IMG/VR virus record: IMGVR_UViG_3300028859_000011
Location: 32,001 to 96,000 of that record
Strand: one strand, 5' to 3'
Source: a virus
Length of the DNA stretch: 64,000 bases
The notes under the pieces were generated by a model. That model saw nothing but the letters and a program-made list of their open reading frames with translations, was not told the DNA's origin and did no database searches. Within the stretch, counting starts at the first letter, position 1. Every line of letters starts with the position of its first letter. Positions 48,304 through 61,005 of this stretch are shown one piece after another. The position numbers and the translations under genes are program-made.

Positions 48304-48917
48304 ACCGCAGTTTTATTTTTTAATTTTGAAATTGCTTGTTTTATAATATCTATTGTTAAGTTATTAATTTCAAATATATTAAAATCTCCTTCAATTTCTG
48401 TATTATGAGGATGTTCAATTTTAATTGACACTTTACTTAATGGTTTACTCCCAATAACTTTTTGAGAGTCTTCTACTAATATATCAACAAATTTCCATTT
48501 ATCACTTGATGAATTAACAAATATTATATCATCATATTTGAAACCATAATGATCTAACCATTTTTTAGCAGCATTTTTAGATTCTTCAGTTGGTTGTTTA
48601 GTTATAATGTTTAATGTATATCCATAAGTTTTCACAAAGTCATATATATTATTAACTGTATCAACTGCTCCTTTATATGGTTGAGCTATATCAAACACTT
48701 CAGCTTTTTTATTATTGAACCAAGTTTTAGATGATTCACCGTTATAATCCATAGTTTCATACCAATGCCAATTTTGATCACTAGTTATTTCTTTATCAGG
48801 AAAATATCTTTTATATAGTGTATTATAAGAATTAACAAAATCACATATAGTACCATCAATATCGATTCCTATTGTTACTTTATTAGTAAATGTTTCAAAT
48901 AATTTTAGATGTTTCAT
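48300..48917 (-). CDS. 5'(3')-deoxyribonucleotidase (NT5C/HAD family)
   Basis: IGIDIDGTICD, A.PYKGA, IIT, K.WLD, DILVED. Confidence 0.8.
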   Translation of the reverse strand: MKHLKLFETFTNKVTIGIDIDGTICDFVNSYNTLYKRYFPDKEITSDQNWHWYETMDYNGESSKTWFNNKKAEVFDIAQPYKGAVDTVNNIYDFVKTYGYTLNIITKQPTEESKNAAKKWLDHYGFKYDDIIFVNSSSDKWKFVDILVEDSQKVIGSKPLSKVSIKIEHPHNTEIEGDFNIFEINNLTIDIIKQAISKLKNKTAV

Positions 48918-49026
48918 ATTTTAATTAAAATTTTATATATTATATATAAATTTTTAAGCTAAGATTTATTTTAAAAATGAGTTATATTTTTTTATATATA
49001 ATATAATAAAAAACAACTTAACTATA

Positions 49027-49221
49027 ATGAAAACAAAACTAGAAAACCTATTAAGTTTTACTGATTTTACTGGTAACTATAATTCACAGCAAGCAACTAA
49101 AACTAAAAGAACAGACACTGGAGTAGATGTCATAAAAGAAAATAATGAAGAGAATATCGAAGATAATATTGAAGATAAAGATTATTCTACTGAATTTGAT
49201 TCTGAACTTGAAAAAGATTAA
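49027..49221 (+). CDS. Small acidic protein
   Basis: After a TATATA motif; LLSFTDF...VIKE resembles a propeptide. Confidence 0.5.
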   Translation: MKTKLENLLSFTDFTGNYNSQQATKTKRTDTGVDVIKENNEENIEDNIEDKDYSTEFDSELEKD

Positions 49222-49257
49222 TATATATTTAATTAACAAAAAAATATAGAATTGAAA

Positions 49258-49416
49258 TTATTCTATATTTTTATATAATTCACATATTGCTATTCCAGTT
49301 ATTATATCATATGATATTATTTCTCCTATGATTTCAGTTAAATTTTCTTCTGATACAACTGTGCCTATAACATCATCCATTATTAATTTTTTTTCAAGTT
49401 GAATTTTTATTTCCAT
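49258..49416 (-). CDS. Small hypothetical protein (not in the ORF track)
   Basis: MEIKIQLEKK...ELYKNIE, 52 aa, contiguous with the upstream gene. Confidence 0.45.
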   Translation of the reverse strand: MEIKIQLEKKLIMDDVIGTVVSEENLTEIIGEIISYDIITGIAICELYKNIE

Positions 49417-49608
49417 TTAATATTCATTTAATTTTTTAAGTTTTAATTTTCTTAATTCTGATTGATCATAATAGAATATAGCAATAGTTATATAATCATC
49501 ATCTTGAGTTTGAGTGACATTGAATATTTCAATATTACTAGTAGACAACCATTCATTTATTTTTTCTTCTAATGTAGTTTTATTAGAATTTATAATCTTA
49601 CATTTCAT
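49417..49608 (-). CDS. Hypothetical protein, RxxKL tail
   Basis: Ends LRKLKLKKLNEY. Confidence 0.6.
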   Translation of the reverse strand: MKCKIINSNKTTLEEKINEWLSTSNIEIFNVTQTQDDDYITIAIFYYDQSELRKLKLKKLNEY

Positions 49609-49721
49609 TATTTAAAAATATTTTTATACATTATATATTATAAGTTATGCATTCAAATTAAAAATTAACTCATATTTATAATAATAAAAAATTATATATA
49701 ATTAAAATATAAAAAATATCA

Positions 49722-49985
49722 ATGAGTAAAAATAATTTAATTTTAATTTCTAAACCTAATACCACCAAATATTACATTAATTTTTTAAAGACTACTGGAA
49801 AAATAGCATTAGAAATTGATAATAATGAAATTTATATGTTATCAGAAGATAATAATTTTTTAATAATGGAGAATGGCTCATATGAATTAAATGAAATTTA
49901 TAATAATGAAATTTATATGTTATCAGAAGATAATAATTTTTTAATAATGGAGAATGGCTCATATGAATTAAAAGAAATTTTATAA
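49722..49985 (+). CDS. Small protein with a duplicated 27-aa unit
   Basis: NNEIYMLSEDNNFLIMENGSYEL twice. Confidence 0.55.
   Translation: MSKNNLILISKPNTTKYYINFLKTTGKIALEIDNNEIYMLSEDNNFLIMENGSYELNEIYNNEIYMLSEDNNFLIMENGSYELKEIL
49820..49981 (+). repeat. 81-bp tandem duplication
   Basis: Copies start at 49820 and 49901, near-identical. Confidence 0.9.
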
Positions 49986-50043
49986 TTGATAAAATTTATT
50001 TTAATTATAAAATTTATATATAATATAAAATAATTAACAAAAT

Positions 50044-50484
50044 ATGAATAGCGAAAAACAATCAAAATTATGGATAAATAATAACTGGGTATATTTCAAA
50101 ATAAAAATTGGTACGTACACTAATATTATCACATTTTTAGATGATAATAATATATCTTTTATTAAATATAATTATATTGATTTTACTAAAATTCCAAGTG
50201 TTATATATGGTTACGGTAAGAGTACAAATTTATTAGAATATTTATCTAATAATAATAACAATGGAAATTTAATAATATCATTTTTAAATTATTTTTTAAA
50301 TAGTTTAAAATTTAGTTATATTGATGGATCAGCAATAAGAATATTAATGGTGAATAATATAGATTGGAAAATTTCAAATGTAATAGTTATAAAAAATAAT
50401 TGGAAGTATTTTACAGTTGATACATCATTTTTTACCGCAGATAATAGTATAATTACAGCAGATAAAACAATTATTACAATATAA
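50044..50484 (+). CDS. Hypothetical, possibly tail-associated protein
   Basis: C-terminal TVD...FTAD...ITAD motif seen in phage tail proteins. Confidence 0.5.
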   Translation: MNSEKQSKLWINNNWVYFKIKIGTYTNIITFLDDNNISFIKYNYIDFTKIPSVIYGYGKSTNLLEYLSNNNNNGNLIISFLNYFLNSLKFSYIDGSAIRILMVNNIDWKISNVIVIKNNWKYFTVDTSFFTADNSIITADKTIITI

Positions 50485-50508
50485 TTATTTCATAAAAAAT
50501 AAAAAAAT

Positions 50509-53538
<3,030 letters not shown>

Positions 53539-53570
53539 AAATAAAAGAGTAGATTTTAAATCTACTCTTT

Positions 53571-54158
53571 TTACATATTAAATTTTTTAGAATCTCTATA
53601 TAAAGGATAATATTTAGTATTAATTTCATCATATTCTTTCCAACTCGTTTGAAATATATATCCAAAATTTTCTACATATTTATTATTTTTAGCCATATCT
53701 ATAAATAGTTTGTGATAATTTATACATCTATTAATAAAAAATTCCCCTTTCCCTATAATAGAGCTAATTAAATCTAAATAACCATCATCTGATGGCATAA
53801 AGGCTGAATATTTATTATCTAGCCAAGTAGGTTTAAAATATAAATAAAGTTCTTCTATTAACTTATCATATTCATTTTTAAAATTCATAAGAGTATTATA
53901 TTCAAAATTTTTGAATACTCTTATTTTCAATTTTAATTCTTCTTCTTTATCTTTATTTTCAAATTCATCCTTAGTTTTAATTATTTTATTCCAATCAACT
54001 ACACGTATAAAATTCCAAAAATCATCACTATAATTATTAACATTAGGCTTATTAATTCTAATAATATCACCGTTACTAGTTATAGTTATCAAATTACCAT
54101 TTTTATCATAATGCTCATTGTACTCTATATTTTCAAATATTTTAAAAATTGTTATCAT
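53571..54158 (-). CDS. CTS/KFN-family hypothetical protein
   Basis: MITIFKIFE...SKKFNM. Confidence 0.65.
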   Translation of the reverse strand: MITIFKIFENIEYNEHYDKNGNLITITSNGDIIRINKPNVNNYSDDFWNFIRVVDWNKIIKTKDEFENKDKEEELKLKIRVFKNFEYNTLMNFKNEYDKLIEELYLYFKPTWLDNKYSAFMPSDDGYLDLISSIIGKGEFFINRCINYHKLFIDMAKNNKYVENFGYIFQTSWKEYDEINTKYYPLYRDSKKFNM

Positions 54159-54162
54159 ATTA

Positions 54163-55317
54163 TTACATATTAAATTTATTTGTATCTACGATAAACATAT
54201 ATTGTTTAAATTCTTTTTTAATTTCTGAATCTAATATGAAATTAGAATTTAGTTTTTTTAACGCATCAGCTATCAAATCACCTTTTTCTTCTTCTGTACT
54301 ATCATCATAACCGTTTTCTTTTACATATTCTTTTATATATCTTTTTTGAAATTCATATTCATCTGAAATATCATCATTATGCTCATCTTTATCTTCAAAT
54401 ATTTCAAAAAGTAACAATGTAAGATTATCTGAATCATTAAAATTATCCATTAAATAATGTTGTATTTCTATGCTATTTGCAATTTGATATTTTATCCAAT
54501 CAGATTTAGTATCATCATTTTCAAATTTTTTATAATTTTTTACAAGTTTATCATCATCTATATATGAACTAAAATTTTGATAAAATTTTTTAGGAGTCAT
54601 ATCTTTAATAAGTTCTGATAAATTATCTACACAATATATTTCTACTAATAGTTCGGTAAAATATCTACCTTCATATCTATCTCTGATCATTTCATCAAAA
54701 AAATCTACTTCATCAGTATATTCTTGTATTACATATTTTAATTGATCTGAATCTAAATCATCTATCATATCAGAATCATATTCCACATCATTACTTTTTG
54801 CAATAATAGTATCATAACTAATTTCATCTCCATCTTCAACCAAAATAAAAAAATTATTAGGTATTTCATATTCCTCAGTAGAATCACCTTCAGTTATTAC
54901 AATTTTTCGTATATCATCATTTTCTATAATAGAAACTATTCCATCATATTCAGTTTTTATAATTTTTTCACTATCATTATTTTCACAATAATATTCAATT
55001 ATTTTATTCTCCATTTCTATAGTTAAATGATTTTCTATATAATCTTTAAATTCTTGATCATCAAAATCATCCATTGATGAATTATTAATTTCATTTTTTA
55101 TAGTATCTTCAACATATTTATCACTATCAAAAACTCCAGATATTATATTTGGATCATTTGTTATTATATCAATAATATCACTCTCATTATAATTAGTCAA
55201 ATAGTGTTCATCATAATAATTTGATATATAATCATTATCTAAAAATTCATTTACTAATTCATATTTTGAGCTATCTGCACTCTCAAATAATTTAAATTTT
55301 TTAAAACTTACTATCAT
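54163..55317 (-). CDS. Acidic CTS/KFN-family protein
   Basis: MIVSFKKFKLFE...TNKFNM. Confidence 0.65.
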   Translation of the reverse strand: MIVSFKKFKLFESADSSKYELVNEFLDNDYISNYYDEHYLTNYNESDIIDIITNDPNIISGVFDSDKYVEDTIKNEINNSSMDDFDDQEFKDYIENHLTIEMENKIIEYYCENNDSEKIIKTEYDGIVSIIENDDIRKIVITEGDSTEEYEIPNNFFILVEDGDEISYDTIIAKSNDVEYDSDMIDDLDSDQLKYVIQEYTDEVDFFDEMIRDRYEGRYFTELLVEIYCVDNLSELIKDMTPKKFYQNFSSYIDDDKLVKNYKKFENDDTKSDWIKYQIANSIEIQHYLMDNFNDSDNLTLLLFEIFEDKDEHNDDISDEYEFQKRYIKEYVKENGYDDSTEEEKGDLIADALKKLNSNFILDSEIKKEFKQYMFIVDTNKFNM

Positions 55318-55441
55318 ATTTTTTATTTTGTTATATCTTTAATTTTTATTATGATTAAATGCTATTTTAATAATATCTATTGATATTAATTATAATAGAT
55401 GATGAAACTATTCATTATATAAATACAACTCTTAAAACTCA

Positions 55442-56266
55442 TTATATGTTGAATTTACTGGTATCATTAATAATACTCCATTCATTATAGTATTCATCTG
55501 ATAATAAATTAGAAAAATCATCTATTGTTTTATATAATTCATTTTTAAATATAAAGAATTTTTTCAATTCTTCAATTTTATATTCTCTATCTGCAATAAA
55601 TTTTTTATTTTTATTTTTATCAATATTTTGTAAAAAAATATTAGAGTCAAATAAATATTCATTAAATATTATACTATATTTGAATAATTTTGTTCTTAAA
55701 TTATAAAATTGATGAATAGATATAAAATTAGGTATTTTACCAGTATATACATTTTTAATATGTGCTGAATTAAAATTGATATTATCTATTTCAAAATAAC
55801 CATAAGTATCTTTTGTAAAATTATTAGTTTTTCTAATGAGTTTATCAAAAACATCTACATAACGTGATTTTATTTTTGCACTATTAAAATATTTTGATAT
55901 ATTTTTATCTTTACTAATATATAACATAATATTATATAATTCTGATGAATACATTTTATTTTGAATATCAGTTATTTCTGAATCATATTCTTTTAATATT
56001 CTATCATTTTCTTCTTCTTTAAATTTTTCACGTCCTATTTTTTTAATATGATTTATTCGTTCTTTCTCTATAATATCTAATTTTTTTCTATATTCAGGAT
56101 CAAATTCTTCATATTTTTGTTTAGCAATATTAAGTCCTTTGTTACCAATTAAATTTAAAAATTTAGTATATAACTCTGAATTCTCTTTTTTTACCTTATC
56201 TAAAAACTTAACATTTTCTTTATCTTGTAGTATATCAAATACTTTAAATTCAAATATTTTTTTCAT
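55442..56266 (-). CDS. CTS/KFN-family protein
   Basis: MKKIFEFKVF...TSKFNI. Confidence 0.65.
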   Translation of the reverse strand: MKKIFEFKVFDILQDKENVKFLDKVKKENSELYTKFLNLIGNKGLNIAKQKYEEFDPEYRKKLDIIEKERINHIKKIGREKFKEEENDRILKEYDSEITDIQNKMYSSELYNIMLYISKDKNISKYFNSAKIKSRYVDVFDKLIRKTNNFTKDTYGYFEIDNINFNSAHIKNVYTGKIPNFISIHQFYNLRTKLFKYSIIFNEYLFDSNIFLQNIDKNKNKKFIADREYKIEELKKFFIFKNELYKTIDDFSNLLSDEYYNEWSIINDTSKFNI

Positions 56267-56269
56267 TTA

Positions 56270-56608
56270 TTATAAATTAAAATTTTTAGTGTCATTAGTA
56301 AATTCTGGAACATTAAAATATTCAAGAAAAATTGGAAATCTATTATAATTAACATTAAACTCTTGTAGATTTTCATTATCATCGAACATAAGAACTTTAT
56401 GAATACATTCAATCGGCAAATAATTTAAGACATATTTATTTATTGCTGCTTCTGTATCACCATAATATCCAGAAACCTTATAATATACCCCTTTTTTAAA
56501 ATTTATAACTTCATTAGTTGATTTTTTATGATAATTTTTTATGCATATTACATTATCATCTATTCTCCTCAAATCTGGATTATTATAATTTTCAAATATA
56601 GTTATCAT
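56270..56608 (-). CDS. CTS/KFN-family protein
   Basis: MITIFE...TKNFNL. Confidence 0.6.
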   Translation of the reverse strand: MITIFENYNNPDLRRIDDNVICIKNYHKKSTNEVINFKKGVYYKVSGYYGDTEAAINKYVLNYLPIECIHKVLMFDDNENLQEFNVNYNRFPIFLEYFNVPEFTNDTKNFNL

Positions 56609-56946
56609 AAATTAAATTTATTTGTATCTAATATTAAAAGATATTCTTTTTTTGCATCTTTAATATTATCATATGATGATTTAACATAAATTTCATAAAT
56701 ATATAATATATCAGTTAATTTACATTCAAAACTTAAATCATCTGGATTCCACATATAAATTTCAAGATTAACACTATAATATGAATTAACACTAATAAAT
56801 TTAGCAAGATAATAATCTTCTTTATATTTAAATATTACATATTTATCATAATATTTTTTATAGTCCAATGCTTTTTTAGCCATCTTTTCATTACATTTTT
56901 TTATTGAATCTTCAATAGTATTTTCAAAATGTTTAATATACTTCAT
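56605..56946 (-). CDS. CTS/KFN-family protein
   Basis: MKYIKHFE...TNKFNL. Confidence 0.6.
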   Translation of the reverse strand: MKYIKHFENTIEDSIKKCNEKMAKKALDYKKYYDKYVIFKYKEDYYLAKFISVNSYYSVNLEIYMWNPDDLSFECKLTDILYIYEIYVKSSYDNIKDAKKEYLLILDTNKFNL

Positions 56947-57244
56947 TTAATATAAATATAATTTATAATATATATAAAAATAAAATAACGCAAACTTTTA
57001 TAATTATTATTTATATAATAAATAAAAAAATATGCAAACAGTTTGTTTTTAATTCATCAGATAAAACTACTATTTTATATGAAGGTTAGATTAGGTTATT
57101 ATGAAATAATGCAAAAAAAAGAAATATCTAATTATAGCAATGGAAAAAATGTTACGTTTTCAGTGGCCAGATTACCTATTTCTAATACCAATATGATAAT
57201 AAAAAATGAATAAATATTATATAAATATTATATAAATATTATAT

Positions 57245-57829
57245 TTATAAATTAAAAATATTTGCATCTCTTTTCATTTCCCATTCTTCTTTATATTGCG
57301 GAAATCTATCTGTTATATATTTTTCAATATTATCAATAAACTCATTTTTATGATCATTAATTTTTTTATATTTCATAATATAATCATAAAAATTTTCATC
57401 GTAATTATTTTTTTTATCAAGATTAAATCCATGACTTAAAAATTTATTTAATATTATAATAAATGTTCCTGAATCATAAATATATTGTACATAATATACT
57501 AATGCTGAATTATCATTAATATCTCTAATATTAACATCTGCTTTTGCATTTAATAATTTATTAATAACTAATAATGTAGACGCCATCATTAATGCTGTCA
57601 TTTTGTGCTTATCAGTAGCATTAACATCAGCATTTCCTTCTATTAATGCATCAACAACAAATGGAAATTTAATAGCGTGCATTAATGCTGTTCTACCATC
57701 AGAATCTTTCATATTAATTTCAACATTTTCTTTTATCGCTTGCTTTACCGCATTTGTATTTCCTCTTTTTGCTGCTGATATAAAAGGATGCTCTTTTACT
57801 GATTTTTCAAATAATTTTAAATATTTCAT
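57245..57829 (-). CDS. Ankyrin repeat protein
   Basis: GRTALMHA, KMTALMMA, ADVN repeats; MKYLKLFE start, ANIFNL end. Confidence 0.9.
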   Translation of the reverse strand: MKYLKLFEKSVKEHPFISAAKRGNTNAVKQAIKENVEINMKDSDGRTALMHAIKFPFVVDALIEGNADVNATDKHKMTALMMASTLLVINKLLNAKADVNIRDINDNSALVYYVQYIYDSGTFIIILNKFLSHGFNLDKKNNYDENFYDYIMKYKKINDHKNEFIDNIEKYITDRFPQYKEEWEMKRDANIFNL

Positions 57830-57912
57830 TTTTAATATTTGATTTTTTTATTATAAACTATATATAATTTTTTTAAAAAATAAAAAATCCTGATTTCTCA
57901 GGATTTTTATTT

Positions 57913-59409
57913 TTATTTGTCTATAAACAATTTATTATCAGGTGGCCATTGTATATCTGGAGCTTCTTGCGCTTCAGTAATTACCCATAATATTTTATCA
58001 TAATATTTAGGAATTTGATATTTAAATTTATTTGGTGGAACACCATGAGAATCTGTAAAATATATAACAAACGAAGGAACTGTTCCTTTTTTAATCATAT
58101 TATTTTCAATCCATTGAAACGGCGGAATAAAACTTGTTCCTCCTCCACCTATTGCTTTAAAATGTTTAGCAAGAATTTCTTTAAATTTACCTTCATTCAT
58201 AGAATCTCCACTCTTTGTTTTAAGATCTATTTTTTCTATTCCTTTTATATCAGCATCACACCATATAATTATAGCTTCTTCTATTTTTTTTGAACCAAAA
58301 ATACCATAAATTTCTGCTGCAAATTTACCAAGTGTATCATCTCCAATTGAGCCAGATGTATCAACACATAATACAATTTTTCTAAATCCACTATCCTTAG
58401 GAAATTTTAATCCTGGTAAATACATTGGATCATCTTGACCTATAAATCTCTTATTAAAATAACCATATTTAGGATTACTAGCAAAGCATTTATTCATAAA
58501 TTTAATTAATGTCGCTTTCCAATTAACTTTTGGTTTACCAATTTTATTAAACCATCTATTCAATGTTGCTGAACCAGTTCCTTGATTTTTACTTTTAGCA
58601 TCATTTAATATCTTACCCCATTCTCTAGCTAAATCTGTAACATCTTCTACTTTTGCTAATTCATCATTACCTTCAAATAATGTTGGTCCTTTTTTATCAG
58701 TTAAACTACCTGGCTCTCTTAAATCATTTGTTCCTGGTATTGAACCTCCTCCATCTCCTCCTGGACCTCCTCCATCTCCTCCTGGACCTCCTTCATCTCC
58801 TCCTGGACCTCCTCCTGGACCTCCTCCATCTCCTCCTGGACCTCCTCCATCTCCTCCTTTTTTAGGTTTTTTAGGATTATTTTTTTCTTCTGTTTCAAGA
58901 ATCACATAAATTTGTTCAGCACTCATACCTCTATATTTTTCATCTAATAAAATATTTTGTGGTACACTCAATATATTAACAACAGATGCTGCACCTTCAG
59001 GCTTTTCTTTACTCATATCAGCTATTTGAATATTAATAGCATAATCAGTTGCTTGATTCCACAATGAATGATCTCTATCTCCTTGTCTTAAAAAGTGAAG
59101 ATTTGCGTTATGCATAACTTCATGTATCAGCACAAATGCTACTTCCTCAGTATTTCTTAATACTTCATTTACAAATTTAGGACTATATAAAATACTTTTA
59201 CCATCAGTTGCCATAGTGTCAATTCCACTATTTGGAGATGCTTCTGCGATAGTCAATTGAAAAAATAAATCAGCAAAGAAATTATAATACGACATAGTAG
59301 ATGCTAATGCTGCTCTAACTCTACCTTTTGCTAATTTATTTAAATTTGGATCATTTAAATCTTCATTTGTACTTAATAAATTAAATATGTTAAATTTTTT
59401 TATCATCAT
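57913..59409 (-). CDS. DUF2201-like metallopeptidase / VWA domain protein
   Basis: TMATDGK, HEVMH (HExxH), WN.ATDY.IN, VLCVDTSGSI MIDAS, GGGTSF, YFTD; probable start 59409 (MMIKKF). Confidence 0.85.
   Translation of the reverse strand: MMIKKFNIFNLLSTNEDLNDPNLNKLAKGRVRAALASTMSYYNFFADLFFQLTIAEASPNSGIDTMATDGKSILYSPKFVNEVLRNTEEVAFVLIHEVMHNANLHFLRQGDRDHSLWNQATDYAINIQIADMSKEKPEGAASVVNILSVPQNILLDEKYRGMSAEQIYVILETEEKNNPKKPKKGGDGGGPGGDGGGPGGGPGGDEGGPGGDGGGPGGDGGGSIPGTNDLREPGSLTDKKGPTLFEGNDELAKVEDVTDLAREWGKILNDAKSKNQGTGSATLNRWFNKIGKPKVNWKATLIKFMNKCFASNPKYGYFNKRFIGQDDPMYLPGLKFPKDSGFRKIVLCVDTSGSIGDDTLGKFAAEIYGIFGSKKIEEAIIIWCDADIKGIEKIDLKTKSGDSMNEGKFKEILAKHFKAIGGGGTSFIPPFQWIENNMIKKGTVPSFVIYFTDSHGVPPNKFKYQIPKYYDKILWVITEAQEAPDIQWPPDNKLFIDK
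58740..58860 (-). repeat. Gly-rich GGPGGD coding repeat
   Basis: Repeated CCTCCTGGACCTCCTCCATCT units; the highest-GC patch in the window. Confidence 0.85.
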
Positions 59410-59420
59410 TTTTATTTTTT

Positions 59421-60959
59421 TTATTTTCCTACCATAGTTTTTTGGAATACAGAATGCCATTTTTTAGCAAATTCTGTCCATATAGGTAAATATTCTTTTT
59501 TAATATATGGATGAGCTTTTAAGAAATAAGATCCTATTGTTACAATTGCCTCATTTTCTTTACCCATAGTAGCGAAATCATATACATTTTTTACTTCATC
59601 AGCAGTCAAATGTTTACCTTGTTTAAAAGTTGCAATAGCAATTGAACAAGCTCTAATTTGGTCTTGTCTTGTAGGCCATTTTACTTTTTTAGATTCTGCA
59701 TTACCATCATATATATCTTGAATATCTTTTTCACTAAAGAACTCTTGTAATTTCATATAATTAATAAAATCTAATGTAGGTTCTAATCCTACATATTTAG
59801 TGTATATTTTTTGAATTTGAGGATATGTTAATTTTTTAGACCAATCTTCACCTCTATAATTATATTCATCTTGTGAAGCCATTTCCCAAGATCTTGGAGA
59901 TGCCCATACTGGACTACCAGATTCTAGATCTAATCTATGAAAGTAATTAGGATGATATTGTAAATATGAAATAAGAAATGGATTAATATCTTTTTTAGTT
60001 AATGCCCATTTAACCCAATCATCAACAGTTGGAGTATAATTAACATGAGCAAAACGATTCCACAAAATTGGATCATCAGTCAAATCAGTTGTATTTATAT
60101 CATCTTTTCTATTACCTGCTGCAATAATAATCCATCTTGGAGGTAAATCATAATCACCATGTTTACCACTTAATGCTAATGCTAATGATGCACTTAATAC
60201 CATTTGTGGTGCTCTATTCATTTCATCAAAAAACATAATACCACCTTTTCCATTACCATCACTTGTAGGAAATATTGCTGGTAATTTAGAAACAGTTTGA
60301 TTATTTTCAATTTTAGGAACTCCTCTAAAGTCAGTAGGTTCAATTTGGGATAAATGCCATTCTTGAACAACAATATCTAATTCTTTAGCTACCTGATGTA
60401 AAATTTCAGTTTTACCAATACCAGGAGCGCCCCAAATAAACAATGCATGTGTTTTTTTTCTGGCAAATTCAGAGGTTCTTTCATAATTATCTTGTTCATG
60501 CTTAGTTGCTCTATGTAAATTCATATTATAAACTCTTTTGATTCTATCTTTAAGCTCATCAACATTTATATTTCTCATTACTTCTTCATCACCACTTGGA
60601 TATTTTAAAGTTACAAATGCTTCATCTACAGGCATTTCTTTTTTTATTTTTTCTCCTTTTTCATCAAATCTTGAACGTATTTCATTTTCTATATCTTCTG
60701 CTGTAGGAACTTTAACACCAGATTTCATTCTATCAAAATAATTATTTGGAATAATCACTTCAACTACATCTCTAGTTTTACCATCTTCATCTACATATGT
60801 TGGAATTTCACCTTTTTCTTTTAAATATTTAGCATAATATAACCATGAATTTTTACCAAATTTTTTATTGAAAAAATTAGATACCACATTCCATGCGTTT
60901 TTTAACACATTTTCATTTAATTTATATTCTTCAGAATAACTATCATATTTCTTTATCAT
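59421..60959 (-). CDS. MoxR-like AAA+ ATPase (paralog 1)
   Basis: IWGAPGIGKT, DFRGVP, MFFDEMNRA, AAGNR, NRFAH, SPRSWE. Confidence 0.85.
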   Translation of the reverse strand: MIKKYDSYSEEYKLNENVLKNAWNVVSNFFNKKFGKNSWLYYAKYLKEKGEIPTYVDEDGKTRDVVEVIIPNNYFDRMKSGVKVPTAEDIENEIRSRFDEKGEKIKKEMPVDEAFVTLKYPSGDEEVMRNINVDELKDRIKRVYNMNLHRATKHEQDNYERTSEFARKKTHALFIWGAPGIGKTEILHQVAKELDIVVQEWHLSQIEPTDFRGVPKIENNQTVSKLPAIFPTSDGNGKGGIMFFDEMNRAPQMVLSASLALALSGKHGDYDLPPRWIIIAAGNRKDDINTTDLTDDPILWNRFAHVNYTPTVDDWVKWALTKKDINPFLISYLQYHPNYFHRLDLESGSPVWASPRSWEMASQDEYNYRGEDWSKKLTYPQIQKIYTKYVGLEPTLDFINYMKLQEFFSEKDIQDIYDGNAESKKVKWPTRQDQIRACSIAIATFKQGKHLTADEVKNVYDFATMGKENEAIVTIGSYFLKAHPYIKKEYLPIWTEFAKKWHSVFQKTMVGK

Positions 60960-61005
60960 TTTATTTTTTTTATTTTTTTATAATTTATTATTTTAGGTTT
61001 TTTAA

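Noticed and set aside
57032-57210. Possible small gene between the KFN-family runs
   Set aside because: The first ATG stops after 6 codons and the remaining 44-codon frame has no recognisable features; at most a remnant.
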